DNA of 63,374 nucleotides, filler included, from Rhabdomonas costata (GCA_019059605.1; 43 parts of 43 records of this genome joined end to end with filler, not necessarily neighbours in it); one strand, 5' to 3'. Positions 23,626 through 37,169 are shown, counted from the whole stretch's first letter. The notes: a model not told the origin generated them from the sequence alone. Translations and numbers: made by a program.

Positions 23626-25001
23626 TTGTTGTGGTCTTGTTGCCGACCTTTCTCCATCAGAAACACGAATGCGTTATGGCTAATGATCTCCGAGTCGTTC
23701 TCCACTGCCACCGGTCCGTTGTTCCGACTGATGCACCTCAAAGGGAAGTAGAGAGCATCGCCATCTTGCGCAAGCTCATGAGCATCACACCCAGAGAAAG
23801 CGTCGGTTGAAAAGGATCGGCCATACGGGGTGAGGGTCCCTTTCGGCGGAGGAAGGGCAGCTGCTGCTGCACTGACGCCAGGCTGGGAAATGCTGGGCAC
23901 GTGTTGAGCGGCGTCCCGGAGAATGGCAGACAATTGCACAGCACCAATTGTGCGAGTGTCCAGGCAATCAGCGAAGTGGCCCAGCGCATACGAAAGCCGA
24001 GCAGACATACCAGCTACCTCTTCCAGCCTTCGCAAAAGCTGAAATCTTCCAGTAATCTTGACATCACTTCCTGGAGGCCGGTCTAGCATTGCTCGGATAG
24101 GTGTCAAACGCTCCTTTGCTTTGACGAGTTGGTTCTGAAGATCTGTTAGCTGGGCAGCACTAGGTCTGCCAGCTGCAAGAACAGCGGCCAGCTTGCGAAG
24201 CATCAAAGCAGTTGAGTCGAGCAAGAACGAACGCCCCTGGAAGGAATCACTCGATACGGGATCGGGGCAGAGAACAACTGTGCCAGCAACAGAGACTCCA
24301 CCTCGAACGGAGACAACGACTTTCACAGAGAGTTCATGGCCGACCGCAGCCGTCGGGGCGCGAATCCACACGTGATGTTCAAGGATGTTCGAGGAACCCA
24401 GTGGGACGGGCTGGCCAAGTTCTTCCTCTGAGAAACCGTGAGGCAGGTCGAGGGTGAGGGTACACTGGCCGGATGTTGCAAGCAGGTCTTCGATGGCTCC
24501 CACCAGACGTTCTTGAACGGTGGTCATACGGTCGATGTAGTAATAACGATCCCCAAATTTCTGACACAGTTCCGGGTTGTGGTCTGCTCCAAACGCAGCG
24601 ACACATGTGTAGCAAGCCCGCCCGGTTCCCCGCAGGAACGCCTTAAAGGTTTCACCGTGTTGCAATGCAATTTGTGCCGACGCAGCCATATCAAACGATC
24701 CCCCATCGCTCATGGAGGTGTCGTGACCATCGGTGAAAAGCAGCGAGCACACCGAGGCGTTGGGATGGGCTTCGCATTGCCTTTCAATGACTCGAGCAGC
24801 CGCCTCAAAGGCTGCACCAAAGGACGTGGTCCCTGCCGGGCTGTGTTGCTTCATCAGGGCCTGTAGGGCTGCAACAGTTCGGGGAACGGGAAGCTCCAAA
24901 GCCTGATGGTTGTAGAAGACGAGGCTAATGTGCAACGCCGGGTTGACAAGAACCGACTCCGTGAGCACGGCAACCACAGCTTCCATCACAAGCGGCCACA
25001 T
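23626..25001 (-). CDS. von Willebrand factor A (VWA) domain protein, one long exon open at both contig ends
   Basis: ~458 uninterrupted codons with SLVFYN, GTTSFGAAF, LLFTDGHDT and AFGADHN motifs. Confidence 0.85.
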
Positions 25002-25251
25002 NNNNNNNNNNNNNNNNNNNNNNNNNNNNNNNNNNNNNNNNNNNNTTAATTAATTAANNNNNNNNNNNNNNNNNNNNNNNNNNNNNNNNNNNNNNNNNNN
25101 NGGTGTGTACGCCGTTTTTCTTCGGCCCAATACTTGATTACACATGTGGTCCGACATGACTCGCCTGGGTGGTGACGCTGTCCTCGGGAGTTTCCTTCGA
25201 GCATACAAGCGGTGGATTCGCCATGGCTGATTACCTGGGGCAAGTCTGCAG

Positions 25252-25382
25252 GTGCCTGGTCCAATCCTGTCCTGCCGCAGGTCCCATTCCCAAGCTTGTT
25301 CTCGGCCCTGTACGCCGCGGAGGTAAAAGTCACCGACGTGATTATGCAGCGGCTCCGGTCCTCGTTTTGCGTGACTTTGAAG
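25252..25382 (+). CDS. Probable exon of an unknown protein
   Basis: CAG acceptor, AAG|GT donor, frame AWSNPVLPQVPFPSLFSALYAAEVKVTDVIMQRLRSSFCVTLK. Confidence 0.4.
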
Positions 25383-25540
25383 GTCTTTCTGAGCAGTACT
25401 TGAAGAGCCCAAAGCAAAAGCGACTGGCACCGGCAGATCTCTCTCGCTTTCCTTCTGTGAACTATTTGTTTGGTATTGCACAAAAAATCTTCAAAATCCT
25501 TTCCCTGTGCCCAGTACCTTGATATTTAACAACAATAAAA

Positions 25541-25633
25541 CCTTGGGGTTGGGAATCTGCTGACCCAAGGACCGGCCAAGAAGCTTTTGTGGAGACCTGC
25601 TGTACATACTAAGGGCTGCTTGTTTTTTGCCCC
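25541..25633 (+). mobile_element. Structured dispersed element, copy C (3' part only)
   Basis: CTGACCCAAGGACCGGCCAAG.AGC.TTT..GGAG.CCTGCTGTA.ATAC...GCCC matches the 3' half of the other copies. Confidence 0.65.
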
Positions 25634-26579
25634 CAAGAGACGAAAGTTTGTGAAAATCAAAATAGTAGCAAAATTAGGAAGTGTTTGACGACGACGGCTT
25701 TTTTGAAGTCGTTTTGGCATTGATGTGATGCTCCGATCTTTCCGATTCTGTTTGGCAACTGCGGTCCAGACAAGTGCAGTTGTACCAAATACATCAATAA
25801 ATTGGAGCAGACATTGGAAAAAGGTATCCGTTTATGGCTTTTCTTGTGGTTTCTCAGCCAACCGAGTTCTCCAGCAAACCAGCACCAGGGACAGCACACA
25901 AAGGACCCTGTTTCCTACACAAACAGGGTCTCTGATCCCTTGTGCGGGATAGGCAGGTTTCCTTGCGGAAACCTCCGTTTTTCTAGCAACGGGGAAGGCA
26001 AGACAGCACAACAGCACAGCACCACGGGATGCAATGGGCGGGAAGGCGCCGTTCATAGTCTCTAAAAGTGGTGGGGCGGGCGGGAGGGCAGTGACACGTG
26101 TCAACAAAAAGAATGAGAATTCAGGACGGGATCGAGAGAATGAGGTAGCGCCAGAACAGGTGGGGAGGAGGGTGAGAGAAGGGAAACGAGAGAAAGCATC
26201 TGCGGGATTACATGCGGAGGGAGTGAGGGCGAGCTGCATTTTTTGGCCGTGAGCAAGACACAGACGAGAGATCCGCGGAAGGAGACGCACGTGCGCCCAG
26301 ACACGACCGGAAACTCTCCCTGTGAGAACACTGTGTTAAGCTGCCTCGTTGTCCACAACAACACAAACGTGAGACAGGCCAGAGAGTGCAGCTTGGCGGA
26401 GACAACAGAAGACGCTGTAGAGCTCTGCGCTTTGTTGGGATTCCACCCAAGGGGGTGCCTGCACAGCCACAGCGTAGGNNNNNNNNNNNNNNNNNNNNNN
26501 NNNNNNNNNNNNNNNNNNNNNNTTAATTAATTAANNNNNNNNNNNNNNNNNNNNNNNNNNNNNNNNNNNNNNNNNNNNG

Positions 26580-27830
26580 GGGGGTGGTGGAAAACGCTGT
26601 GCACGCACGAAATTTTTTTGTCGAGAGGAGCGTCACCGCTGTGGGCGCGATCAGGTCTCCTTCGACCGGCACGCACGTCGGCGCAAGTCGGCATACCCGC
26701 ACATCAGTGCCCAGGGTTCCAGACAAAACTTGCGCCTCCACTACGATATTATGCAAGCGATAACTCTCCGCCAGGTCGTCCAGAATATCTTCCAACGGCA
26801 TGCCCTTAACCCCCACCCCCACCCCAAAAAAATGTGAGAAAAAACGGAACAAAAAGCAGCGGCCGCCTGGTTGTCACAAGAGCAAGACAAAGTCATGGAC
26901 CCAATCATCTTGGCTTTCCGTGCCGGCTGGTTCATCATCATCGAGCACAACCAGGGGAGACTACCACCAACACGATACTGGAATGCCTCAGCTCCTGTGA
27001 ACCTATCTGTGGGCTTCTCCAAAACAACGTTTAGAAACAACTCTTGCGCAACTTTATCCGAGAAAAAGCACCTCAAATGAGCACCAACCATAAAAGCGTA
27101 CAGCGTACCAATGCAAATCCCTCGGTCAGCTTTTGCTGAACGACATCCATAGAAACGTCGCACAGCAGCGCCATCTCCGTCGTTGTGGCAGGGCGGCAGA
27201 GTTGTTTCAGAAGGGCCCTTGCTGGATCGGGTAGGGCGCGCTGCAGCTCGCGCCTCCGATTCTCCGCGTGCCTGTACACTGCACAGATCTCCACGAGGGT
27301 CTTCTCCAAGATGACCCCTGCATGAACCAAGCATAACAAAAAGCAGGGCATCCCGAAAGCCTGCACAGCCAAACCGCTGTTGCCATAATAGTTCACGCTT
27401 CAGAGATAATGGCGAGAAAAGCGTCTCCAAACAAATCTGCCATTTGGTACCAAAGGATTCCGTGGTGTCGGGTTCAAAGAAGCCAACACCGATCCACCCG
27501 ACCAAAAAATGTCTCCCAAACCAACGGACAGCAAGTTTCAAAAGCTCCGGTCTGCACAAAAAATCCCTCTTCCAAAATATCACGAGCATGCATTTAGTCT
27601 TCGGGTTGCACACCTCAACCACCCCACCGCCACTGACTGGCGATTTCATTCCAAGGGGTTGGTGAAGTTCGGTTAAAAAAGGAACGGAAGTCGAGAGGAA
27701 GGGGATAGCCACTCACCCTTGGCAACGTCTCTGTTGATTTTTGCCACACACTGCGGAGAGGCAACCGAAAGCACCTCCGCCTCCTGTGGGCTCAGCTCAC
27801 GGTTCAGGGCCTCTGCAAAGCTCGCCAAGC
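26580..27830 (-). CDS. Multi-exon gene of unknown function (exon limits approximate)
   Basis: Coding-like blocks AEALNRELSPQEAEVL..., GVILEKTLVEICAVYRHAENRRRELQ... and MPLEDILDDLAESYRLHNIVVEAQ, with nearby AG/GT signals. Confidence 0.4.
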
Positions 27831-28315
27831 AGAACATTACAAAAAAGAGAAGACAGAAGGGGAAAAAAAGGAAAGACAACAAAAAATGGAAAAAAATCTC
27901 TTGAACTGAAGCAAGCGAAGGCAGATTTATGCGAACCGATTAGACAAACAAAACNNNNNNNNNNNNNNNNNNNNNNNNNNNNNNNNNNNNNNNNNNNNTT
28001 AATTAATTAANNNNNNNNNNNNNNNNNNNNNNNNNNNNNNNNNNNNNNNNNNNNGTGGTGGGTGTGTTTGGTTTTTGCTGGAACCACACACTTTTTTCAG
28101 CTTTGGAAGGGATGCATTTGTTGGTCGAGCGGAGAAAAGTTCAGTTACTTGGGTCTTCTTTCCTGTGAATTCACAACACATAGGGCTCTGCAAAAAAAGA
28201 AGCTTCCCTCCCTTGCATGAGGAGGACTTGATCAAAAGTGGCCAACACTGGCAAGCTCAGACACATCATCACAGAAGGGCTGATCTACGGTACAGCGTCA
28301 GACACCCACATGTAC

Positions 28316-29428
28316 CTCTGCAAATCTTGAGCTGCACTGCAGTGCTGGGACCACAGGGTTCAGGCTCTGAATAGCGTCCCGGAGCTGCACCAGGTACACC
28401 GCCAACTTCCGGAGGGGCCGAGTGATCAGCAGGTTCACCAGCACGGACATCATCACTACAAACACCACAAAGAACACCCCACCGAGCACCCCGACCACGT
28501 TGTTCAACTTCCAGATCTTCTGGAAGTAGTCCCGGTCGGGAAGGACGACCAGGATCCTCCAGTGCAGGTCACACAGCAGGGGGATGGGAATCACCAGCAC
28601 TTGGGCGGCCCCAAACGTGCTCAGGGCCATGCTCACCACCGCATCCTCGGGGGTGAAGGCGGGCAGCTGGCGCTGCACCTCGGACAGGTCCTCGGCTACA
28701 GTTCCCGGGCTGGAGGTGGAGTACTCTGCGACGGTCCCACCCTGCTCCAGAAAAAGCATCCCGCTGCTCTGAAGGAGGAACTGCGAGAGGTTCAGCTGCC
28801 GAGAGAACACCGAGAAGGGCACAAATACCGCGGCCACGCCCGAGGTCGAGTTGCTCACTACCATTGGCACTGAGAGCGCGACAAACTTCAGCCCAGAGCG
28901 GTTGGCCTCAGGGATTGAGCTGAACACTGGCGCCTTCGAAGCCAACGCGGCGGTGAACCACGGCTCACGGCGATACTCCACAGGCTCGGCAATAACGGCC
29001 GCCCCCCGAGACCCATCTGCATAGATGGGTATGCAGGTGACATTCTCCAGACTCCCTGGGGGACGGTAACAGATCCCAGACCCCTGATCAAGGGGAAACC
29101 GGGCTGCCCCGGCAGCCTCTCCATCCATGGTCACCCGCATCATGTACATCGACATCGTCGTCGAGTTGTCACTGAGCACCCTATAGGTGTAGTTCTGCAC
29201 ATCTGTGACGGAGGCATTGGGCAAGGTCCTGGTGGCGACCCAGCTGGCCAGGACCCACTTCATGGTGCGGAGGATCTCTTCGACCATTCGGCGCTCACTG
29301 ATGATTACCGCATGGTTGAACCTCCGCGCCAGGTCGCTGACCGAGTTGTTCGCGCCGGAGTACAGCAGGGCCCACATTGAGGAGAAGCAGCTTCCGGAGA
29401 GGATCAGCATCACCGCGACGAAGCACAC
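28316..29428 (-). CDS. Receptor with TM - extracellular dCache-like domain - TM - HAMP (probable cyclase/sensor N-terminus)
   Basis: Two TM helices flank EYRREPWFTAALASKAPVFSSI...FVALSVPM...GVAAVFV...WRILVVLP; HAMP start LITRPLRKLA; GTACAT donor. Confidence 0.8.
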
Positions 29429-31009
29429 AANNNNNNNNNNNNNNNNNNNNNNNNNNNNNNNNNNNNNNNNNNNNTTAATTAATTAANNNNNNNNNNNNNN
29501 NNNNNNNNNNNNNNNNNNNNNNNNNNNNNNGCAGCCCACGTTTGGGGCATCGATGAGTTGTGGGGAAAGTTTTGTGAGAAGTTGCTGGGACTATGCTGCC
29601 TGTCCTGCTATTACACTCATTCTTTCGCAGTAGATGCCCAAAGCCGAAATGGGTGACTTCTCTCATCCAATCTGTAAAAGCTGTGGGGGAACCCGCACCT
29701 GACAGGACCACCCGAGTCAGGCCTTTGAGAAGTGGACGGGCAGCGAGTAAGCCTCCCTTCAAAATACGAGCCGACGTCCTGAGTGGGGCTGCCCCTGGCT
29801 GCAGGCTCGTCTTCACACGAGCCTGGGGACCCAGGGTCCGGCATAAGGGCAGGCTGCTCCATGGTCGGCTCGGGAGCAGGGCTCCGCCGCTGCTTCCTCT
29901 CCATTAGAGTGTCACCTTGGCTCATTCTACTCAATGCCACACACAGCGGACAAAAAGCACGGCGAGAAACACTAAAGCGCAGGCATAACCAAAGCCCCAG
30001 GGGATCTACAGCTGGCGGCAGAGATCCTCACATTCATGTGGCCGAGGGCGAAGTGGGCCAGTCCCAGTCTGGAGGCCGAAGAGCCCGCGCTCTTGAGTAG
30101 AGTAGGAGAGCATATGATGAAATTTCCAATCACGGACCTCAAAGTGGGCATCCTTCATATCTCCTATTTGGCGTTGGACAGAGCAGCCGCGGGATCGACT
30201 GTGCGTTTCGCCGCCTCGGGTGCCTCACGCGGAGATGTCGGGTTGTGGTACAAAAGTAGCAGGGAAGGCTGGCGGGGTGTGGCTGTGGCAACAGCGATTG
30301 TCCCATGCCAGGGCCAACAAAATCGCCCTCACGTTCGACAATATCGAATGAAGCAGACCCCCATCCCCAAAGGCTTGCAGTTTGTGCCGTCACCTCGACT
30401 CAACGTCATTCTCAGTGCCTCAGTGCCAATGTCATGCGCAAATCAGCTTTGCTTGGCCGCGGAAAGATGCCACAATAAAATGTTGCACCACTAATCGAAC
30501 TGATGACCTCTTTCTCTCTTTTGCGCCCGCAACGGAGTCCAAGCCTCGCATTAGAAGACTCAAGTGAAGCAAACTCCCAATCGGAAGCAGGCACCAGAAG
30601 GTGACGAAGCGGAAATGGAGGAGGACATGAACCAGTGGACCGTGAGGTCTCCCGACTAACTAATAGTATACCTGGGAGAGTAACACACGACCGGGTAGAG
30701 CTAAAGGAACTGTTTGCACCACAAAGACGCGAAAAGACAGAACACTCACTACTACGCAATATTGGCATCCCCAATATGTTACTCAGCGACTCAACGGTCG
30801 GCTGGTGCGGCCCGTCATGCTCAGTCCACCATCGGGCTCTTCGGGACCATGACCTTCTCGTCCACCGTGTCCGCCAAACGGTCGCGCAGAGGGACGTAGT
30901 TCCGCTNNNNNNNNNNNNNNNNNNNNNNNNNNNNNNNNNNNNNNNNNNNNTTAATTAATTAANNNNNNNNNNNNNNNNNNNNNNNNNNNNNNNNNNNNNN
31001 NNNNNNTGT

Positions 31010-31972
31010 TTTGTGGACATCGTAGTGCTCCGCGCATTGGTCGACCACCCGGAACAGGTACCCGATCCACCGCAGCAAAGCCTCCGCAGACAGCGTGTTC
31101 GCAATCGCCGAGAACTGGCAGATGTCCGAGAAAAAGATCGCCGCCTGTTGCACAACAACACTAAACCCCAACCTCAACCCCAACTAACAGAAATAAACCT
31201 GCCGTCCGGCAACAAAAGCAGGAATTTTCAAAACGACTGACGCAAGCCTTCACGGCAAACTGATGAACCAGCCCACGAAAACTAAAATGCGCCGGAAAAA
31301 ATGCACTGCCTCTTCACGCCGCTTCCAAGTGAACGTTTGCAAATCTTATTTTGAGAGCTGTCTCGTTTGAGTTTCAGCGGGCAGGTTCATCAGTCTGCCG
31401 TGAAGGGTTGATAGATTCCCGTGTTTGCTGCCGGACGGCAGGTTTATTTCTGTGAGTTGGGGTTGAGGTCGGGGTTTGTGTTGTTGTGCAATAGGCAGCG
31501 ACCTTCTTCCAGGTTTCCATCACCAAAGCATAACCCGGAGTACAGCCCTTCCAAGCCCTTATTATAGCGCGCAACACTCAACGCGATAAAAAAATAAACG
31601 CAATGACTCTTCAAGCCGTTTCCAAGGTATGCACGCTTGCAAATCACATTTTCGAGTTGAAAACTCGAAGCCACTGCTGCTGTTGTTGAGGAATCATGCC
31701 AAAGGAGAACGTCTCATCCATGTCCGGGTCATCGCCCAACGAAACTTGGGTCGGTGGGTGAAGAGGAGGTGGAGGCGGGTTCTACGCTCAAAACCCAAGC
31801 CTCACGGGGAGTTACAGACGAAAGCAATCACACTCAGCCGGAAACAGAAAGAAAGAGACACCTTGGGGATTTCCACGACGATCTGGGATTCCCCCGCCAG
31901 AAGCCTCTCCGACGCGAACTGGGGGTACATCGCGGAAACTAGCCTCTCAAAGGCCTCCTTCTGGACCAACAC
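31010..31972 (-). CDS. Class III adenylate/guanylate cyclase; exons 31972-31862 and 31144-31010
   Basis: RLVSAMYPQFASERLLAGESQIVVEIPK|AAIFFSDICQFSAIANTLSAEALLRWIGYLF...HYDVHK; metal-binding FSDI motif; phase-0 GT-AG intron. Confidence 0.88.
31130..31509. repeat. Diverged internal inverted duplication (31130-31276 / 31377-31509)
   Basis: ACAGAAATAAACCTGCCGTCCGGCA / TGCCGGACGGCAGGTTTATTTCTGT plus flanking blocks, with many substitutions and an indel. Confidence 0.9.
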
Positions 31973-32815
31973 CTGCGATGTGTGAAGGTAGGCCATGAGC
32001 GGAGGAGCCACGGCATCGTTTTCGTCGCCGTCAACAACAACGCGACGACGGGCCATGCATGTGGAAGCGCGATGACGATGACGGCGTTACAGCGAAGACT
32101 GGCTGCGGGCAGCCGTGCGCATAACATCGCCACTGTTTTCTACGCCTGGCGGACGGGCTGAGGTGTACACTACATCGCCTCTAGCCTGTTTTCTCAGCCT
32201 CATGCCGGGCCTACGTATACCTGCATATATCACAGGACATCAGGCGAACAACCTGATAGGACAACCTTGAACAAATCCACCTCTAGAAGAGGAGGCCCAG
32301 GAAGGACCCGCAACGGGACGTGCAATAAAGAGAGGCCATAAGGCACCACCCCCCTCCAGACCTCTCTGCGGCTGCGCCCCCANNNNNNNNNNNNNNNNNN
32401 NNNNNNNNNNNNNNNNNNNNNNNNNNTTAATTAATTAANNNNNNNNNNNNNNNNNNNNNNNNNNNNNNNNNNNNNNNNNNNNGTGGGGTGGGGATTGCTA
32501 CGACCTACAAGCAAATTCCTTTTTCGCACACAATGCACATTCCATCTGCTGTATACAACTCTCTAAGTATTTCGATGGAACCTGAGGCTCACAAAGCGCA
32601 AGCCGCAGAAGACCTGAAAGTAAGACAAGAAGAGAATCGCCGACCTGGCCAGCCTCCAGGGGCCCTAAACTTTCAGCAGCAGACGTAATGGTGGGTCTCC
32701 TGGAAAGCAACAGCACACATGCAAAACAAAAAACAAAAGCGAAGATACCAACAAACCAAAATCACATCAATCAAGCTCCAGCAATTGTGCTGAGGCAGTG
32801 ACGTATGTGGTGAGG

Positions 32816-33250
32816 TGAAAACACACCAGCACAAGGAGTGAGCCCAAGCTATGCTGAGGAAGGCCACCAACGCGATTCCCACGAAGCCTCCGAGGAGGAT
32901 GAAGGAGATCACACTGGAATCATAGGTTTTGTGGGTAACCACGAGTAGGTACACGATGTACGTGTCGTGGGGCAGAGCCTGCAGCGGGAAAAGAACGGGG
33001 AACAAAAAACACGCAGCGAGTGAAACCCTCACAAAATGCCGACACCAAGAAAAAAACTCTAAAGACCACACCAAGAGAGCGAGAAACAGCGCTAAACCCG
33101 CTGTATGGTTTCGTGTGACGAAACAGGGGAAACAAGCATTTGACAGCACCTTGTTGGAAATCTTCACAGTCCACTCTCCAGGAAGGTCATCGTCAATTTG
33201 TGCAACCTGAAGAATGCATTGACGAAGCAGCTCGTTGGACGATGGATCGG
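32816..33250 (-). CDS. Exons of an unknown membrane protein (limits approximate)
   Basis: VAQIDDDLPGEWTVKISNK|ALPHDTYIVYLLVVTHKTYDSSVISFILLGGFVGIALVAFLSIAWAHSLCW, with GT-AG boundaries. Confidence 0.45.
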
Positions 33251-33981
33251 CAGGGTGGCAGCGAATTGTCAATAGAGGCATATCTGGCACTTTGAATCAA
33301 AAATAAAATCGCCACACCATTCTAAAGTTGTACCCTCGAGCGAGGTGGGGTGGGTCCTTGTTGTACCGGAAGTACGACTGTCGAAGGCATTCGTCTGAGA
33401 CATAGATCGACAAAAAACTGCTGGTCGTCATGTCAACATCAAAAAAGAATCATTTCCCGCGGGGAACTTACGCCCTTACTTCGGCCAACACAAAAGGAGA
33501 CTGTTCCCAATGTATGAGTCCGATTGAGTAAAATTTGGCGTTGCAATGCCAACTTTTACCAGCGGTGCATAATGCAGTGATTGAGGACAGCGGTGCTGCC
33601 TCATCGCAGTTGCTCCCAGGATTTGCACAAATAGTCCCAACCATATCCCACCTGACGAGAGCCACAAGAAGCACGAGCATGAAGATTCTTGTCCTGGAAA
33701 AGTTGGTATTTGAAAGTAGGAAATTATCCATGGTCTCATCTTTTCGTTGGACTCACCTTAAAAATTGTCGGCTGTCAATACCTGGTGTTACCGAGCCACA
33801 CACCACAGAAATGAGAGCGAAAGGGGGGAAATCAGCCTTCAATAACAACAGCAAGCAANNNNNNNNNNNNNNNNNNNNNNNNNNNNNNNNNNNNNNNNNN
33901 NNTTAATTAATTAANNNNNNNNNNNNNNNNNNNNNNNNNNNNNNNNNNNNNNNNNNNNGTGGGTTGTGTGCAAATAAAACA

Positions 33982-34983
33982 GTATTCCAAGGTGAAGGCC
34001 AGAGGAGAAGAGCTGGAACGCCTTTTGCGGGAGATCCACACCCAGCATGCCGAAGAGTTGCGCCAGCTTCAGGACAGCATGGGCTCCCTCTGTGAGGTGT
34101 GTCTCTATGTGCACCAGGTTTTCTTTTTTTGCCTTTTTGTTTTGGGGTCACGGACGAAAAGATGAGGATAGTTACACCCCCGAAACTCAGAGGAACCTAT
34201 ACAAATGCTCTCTTCTGCTGTGTGGCAATTCTAAGGTACCCCGCCCTTTAGGTGTGCAACAGCGGCAAAGAGGCATTTGCCAATGACATTTGGGTTTTCT
34301 TTTCTCTTTCTCTTATTCTTTTTCTTTCAGTTATGTTATATGATACTGAACACCACGTGAACACCAAATATTCAGCCTGCGCTGGCCACAGGGGTGATGT
34401 TTGCGATTTTGACGCATTCAGCCTGCGAAAAAAAGGAAAAGGTAGTTTTGAGTTACGGTGTAACGTATCTTACATTGTTACTCCAGAAAAGGTATCCAAG
34501 ACGGGCCTGTCCTCTTCGTCATTCTGGGGTATGCCTACGTCGCTATGGTGGTTCGTGTACGAAATTCAAGGGTTATCCGGAGGTTCGGAGGTCTGGAGGG
34601 TTGATTGCAACCTGGAGGCCATGTCTTGCGGTGTTGGGGGATGCTGCCGTGGTAGAAGTCCTGCTAGATTTCCGTCTGCTTTTTTAATTGTCTTGGATCA
34701 GCCCGGAAACCTTACACCTGAACCGAGGCTACGTTCGGAGAAAGCAAAACACCCCATCTCTTGCGTTACTTGCAGTTTAGCCATGCCACAGTGGACTGAG
34801 CAACGGGGGAGATTTTCTAGCAACTGGGTGTTTGGAAGCTTGGGAGTACATTTCCGTTTGCTCCCGGGATGACAGGTGAAGGCTCAGTTGGAGACGAAGG
34901 AAGGGGAGCTGGCTCAGGCCATGGGAAGGCTGGAGGAGATGCAGCAGAGCCACCAGCGACAAGCCGAAGAGCACTCCGCAAAG
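33982..34983 (+). CDS. Coiled-coil protein exons (about 33982-34096 and 34876-34983)
   Basis: VKARGEELERLLREIHTQHAEELRQLQDSMGSLCE|VKAQLETKEGELAQAMGRLEEMQQSHQRQAEEHSAK; GT-AG intron. Confidence 0.55.
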
Positions 34984-35935
34984 GTTACCTGTCTTACCTC
35001 TTTTTAGGATGAAAGGGGGAGGTGCAGTGTATTCCCACAGTGCTTCCTGCTTTCCTGCCCGGAGAGCATCCCCGATGCATATTCCGCTGCACTCGTACCT
35101 TGGTTTCCTTTGAATTCGCTTGACGGTTTTTTACGTGCCTCCCCCTCCTCCTGATTCAAAGGAGTGCATGTGTTCCGCTCCGTGCCCGTTGTTAATCTCG
35201 TTTTGCTCGTCGTCAGCAGAAACTATAGATGCACCTGACAACAAAAAGCGTCATGTGCGTCCGGTTTCTCGTCCTCGGTCCCCACACAGAATAATACAAG
35301 ACAGGGGTCACCCCTTTCCCACCCAACCCACCANNNNNNNNNNNNNNNNNNNNNNNNNNNNNNNNNNNNNNNNNNNNTTAATTAATTAANNNNNNNNNNN
35401 NNNNNNNNNNNNNNNNNNNNNNNNNNNNNNNNNTGTTTTTTGTTTAATGTTGGTTTTCTCGGTGCGGTGGCTCAAATCGCGTCATTCAATGGCGCCAGCG
35501 CTTGGGCCTCGGATGTTCATCAAGGCCAAAAAGACGATACAACTATCAACTATCAACCTTTATTGAGCACTATCATCTTTTTCCTTGTACCATCGTCTTT
35601 TGAATTCTCTAATATGAATTTTTCAACCCGGCGAAAAGATCAGTGCGAGAGGGTGACCCGCTCACTCACTTAATATCGCATTCCACTTACTCGCCGTTAT
35701 GGGGTTTTGCGCCTTTCTGCCCTGCTGTTCTTTTCGTGCTGTTTTCTGTTTCAGTGGTGGAACACTATGCTGAAGGGACTTACCTAGAAAACTATGGTTT
35801 TTTGAAAACCGACAGATTTGAGTTCAGTGTTTGCCTGTCCCCTTCACCGACTTGGGTGCGCAGCCACATTTGTTCCCTGGTTCTAAATTTCTTTGCTTGT
35901 CAGGTTGAAGCAAGCGGGTGTTTTTTTTTGACAGG

Positions 35936-36433
35936 CTGAGGAGCAGGCAGAAAAAATGATGCTCTGCTATCCCAATGCTGAAGAGCCAGTGGACATTCGG
36001 AAATACATTGCCCACAAAATTGCTCTGCTGAACTGGCTAAATGGTCATCCAAGATTGGGCGGACGGTTCTGCATCTCTTTGGAAGGTGCTCTTCTCCTCA
36101 CTTCACCTTATTCTTGAAATCTGCAAGTACTCAGGGTCGGTTTTGGCCATCGAATGCTTGTTAATCTGAAAAAGACGCGTGATTGTAGAATTCCGGGGGG
36201 ATGTTCCAGAAGGCCGAATTGGTTTGGCATTCGTTCATGTTATTTACATATGCCATTCTGAAGGCTTGAACGCAGTCCTTTTAGCTGGACAGGTATTCTT
36301 TAAGGTGGTATCTGTAGATTGGCACACGACAACTTTATTTCAGACCGTGACGTTGCCACCGAGGTGGTCAAGGTGAGACGCGGAAATGACAAGGTGGTGG
36401 AGAAAGAAGTCGAGCTTCAAGTCGTCATTAAAG
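35936..36433 (+). CDS. Exons of an unknown protein (limits approximate)
   Basis: AEEQAEKMMLCYPNAEEPVDIRKYIAHKIALLNWLNGHPRLGGRFCISLE and ...EVVKVRRGNDKVVEKEVELQVVIK, bounded by AG/GT. Confidence 0.45.
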
Positions 36434-36978
36434 GTGAAGATATTGCATGGTTATTTTTCAGTTTCACCGATTTTTCCCAGGATATGATCAGCTTTATATT
36501 GCAGCACTTTTGCAGCAAATCGAGGAAGTCCAATTCCTATATGCTGCCTTGCAACGCTCGTCATTTGGCGGAGTGTGAGGAGAATACCGTCGTGGTGGTA
36601 TTAATTTTTTTATCAGTGTAGACAATGGATTCATGGATTAACTTCAAAGTCCGCTCCATTTGAACGGCTCATTTTGAATCCATTCAGTCAGTATAAGTAC
36701 TCCCGAGGTCCGCTCTAGCTCAAGTCATGAGGCCCATGTTAGGTCTCCGGCTCGGGTCCTGTCCTGTCCGGTCTAGTTCACGGGTCACTTGGATGCCCCC
36801 CCCCACAAANNNNNNNNNNNNNNNNNNNNNNNNNNNNNNNNNNNNNNNNNNNNTTAATTAATTAANNNNNNNNNNNNNNNNNNNNNNNNNNNNNNNNNNN
36901 NNNNNNNNNGTGTGGGGTTGGGGGCAGGACCACTTTTTTATACCTTATTTCAGCCCTAAACGTTTCCCTGTTTTCTAG

Positions 36979-37169
36979 ATGACCTATCCCATGTTCACTC
37001 CATGAGGATGGAAGACCAAGCAAGAAACCAAGCTTTTTCTAGGAGGCCAATGTACTCAACCTACCTACGCTTTCGGCTGGAGCTGCGTAGCTTCCCTAAG
37101 GACAGAGCCCAGGATTTCTTCATGCTGGCCCCGGAGTGGCCCGGAATTCTGTTTACGGAAGCTGTGTAG
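36979..37169 (+). CDS. Terminal exon of an unknown protein
   Basis: TTCTAG acceptor, then DLSHVHSMRMEDQARNQAFSRRPMYSTYLRFRLELRSF...GILFTEAV and a stop. Confidence 0.4.
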
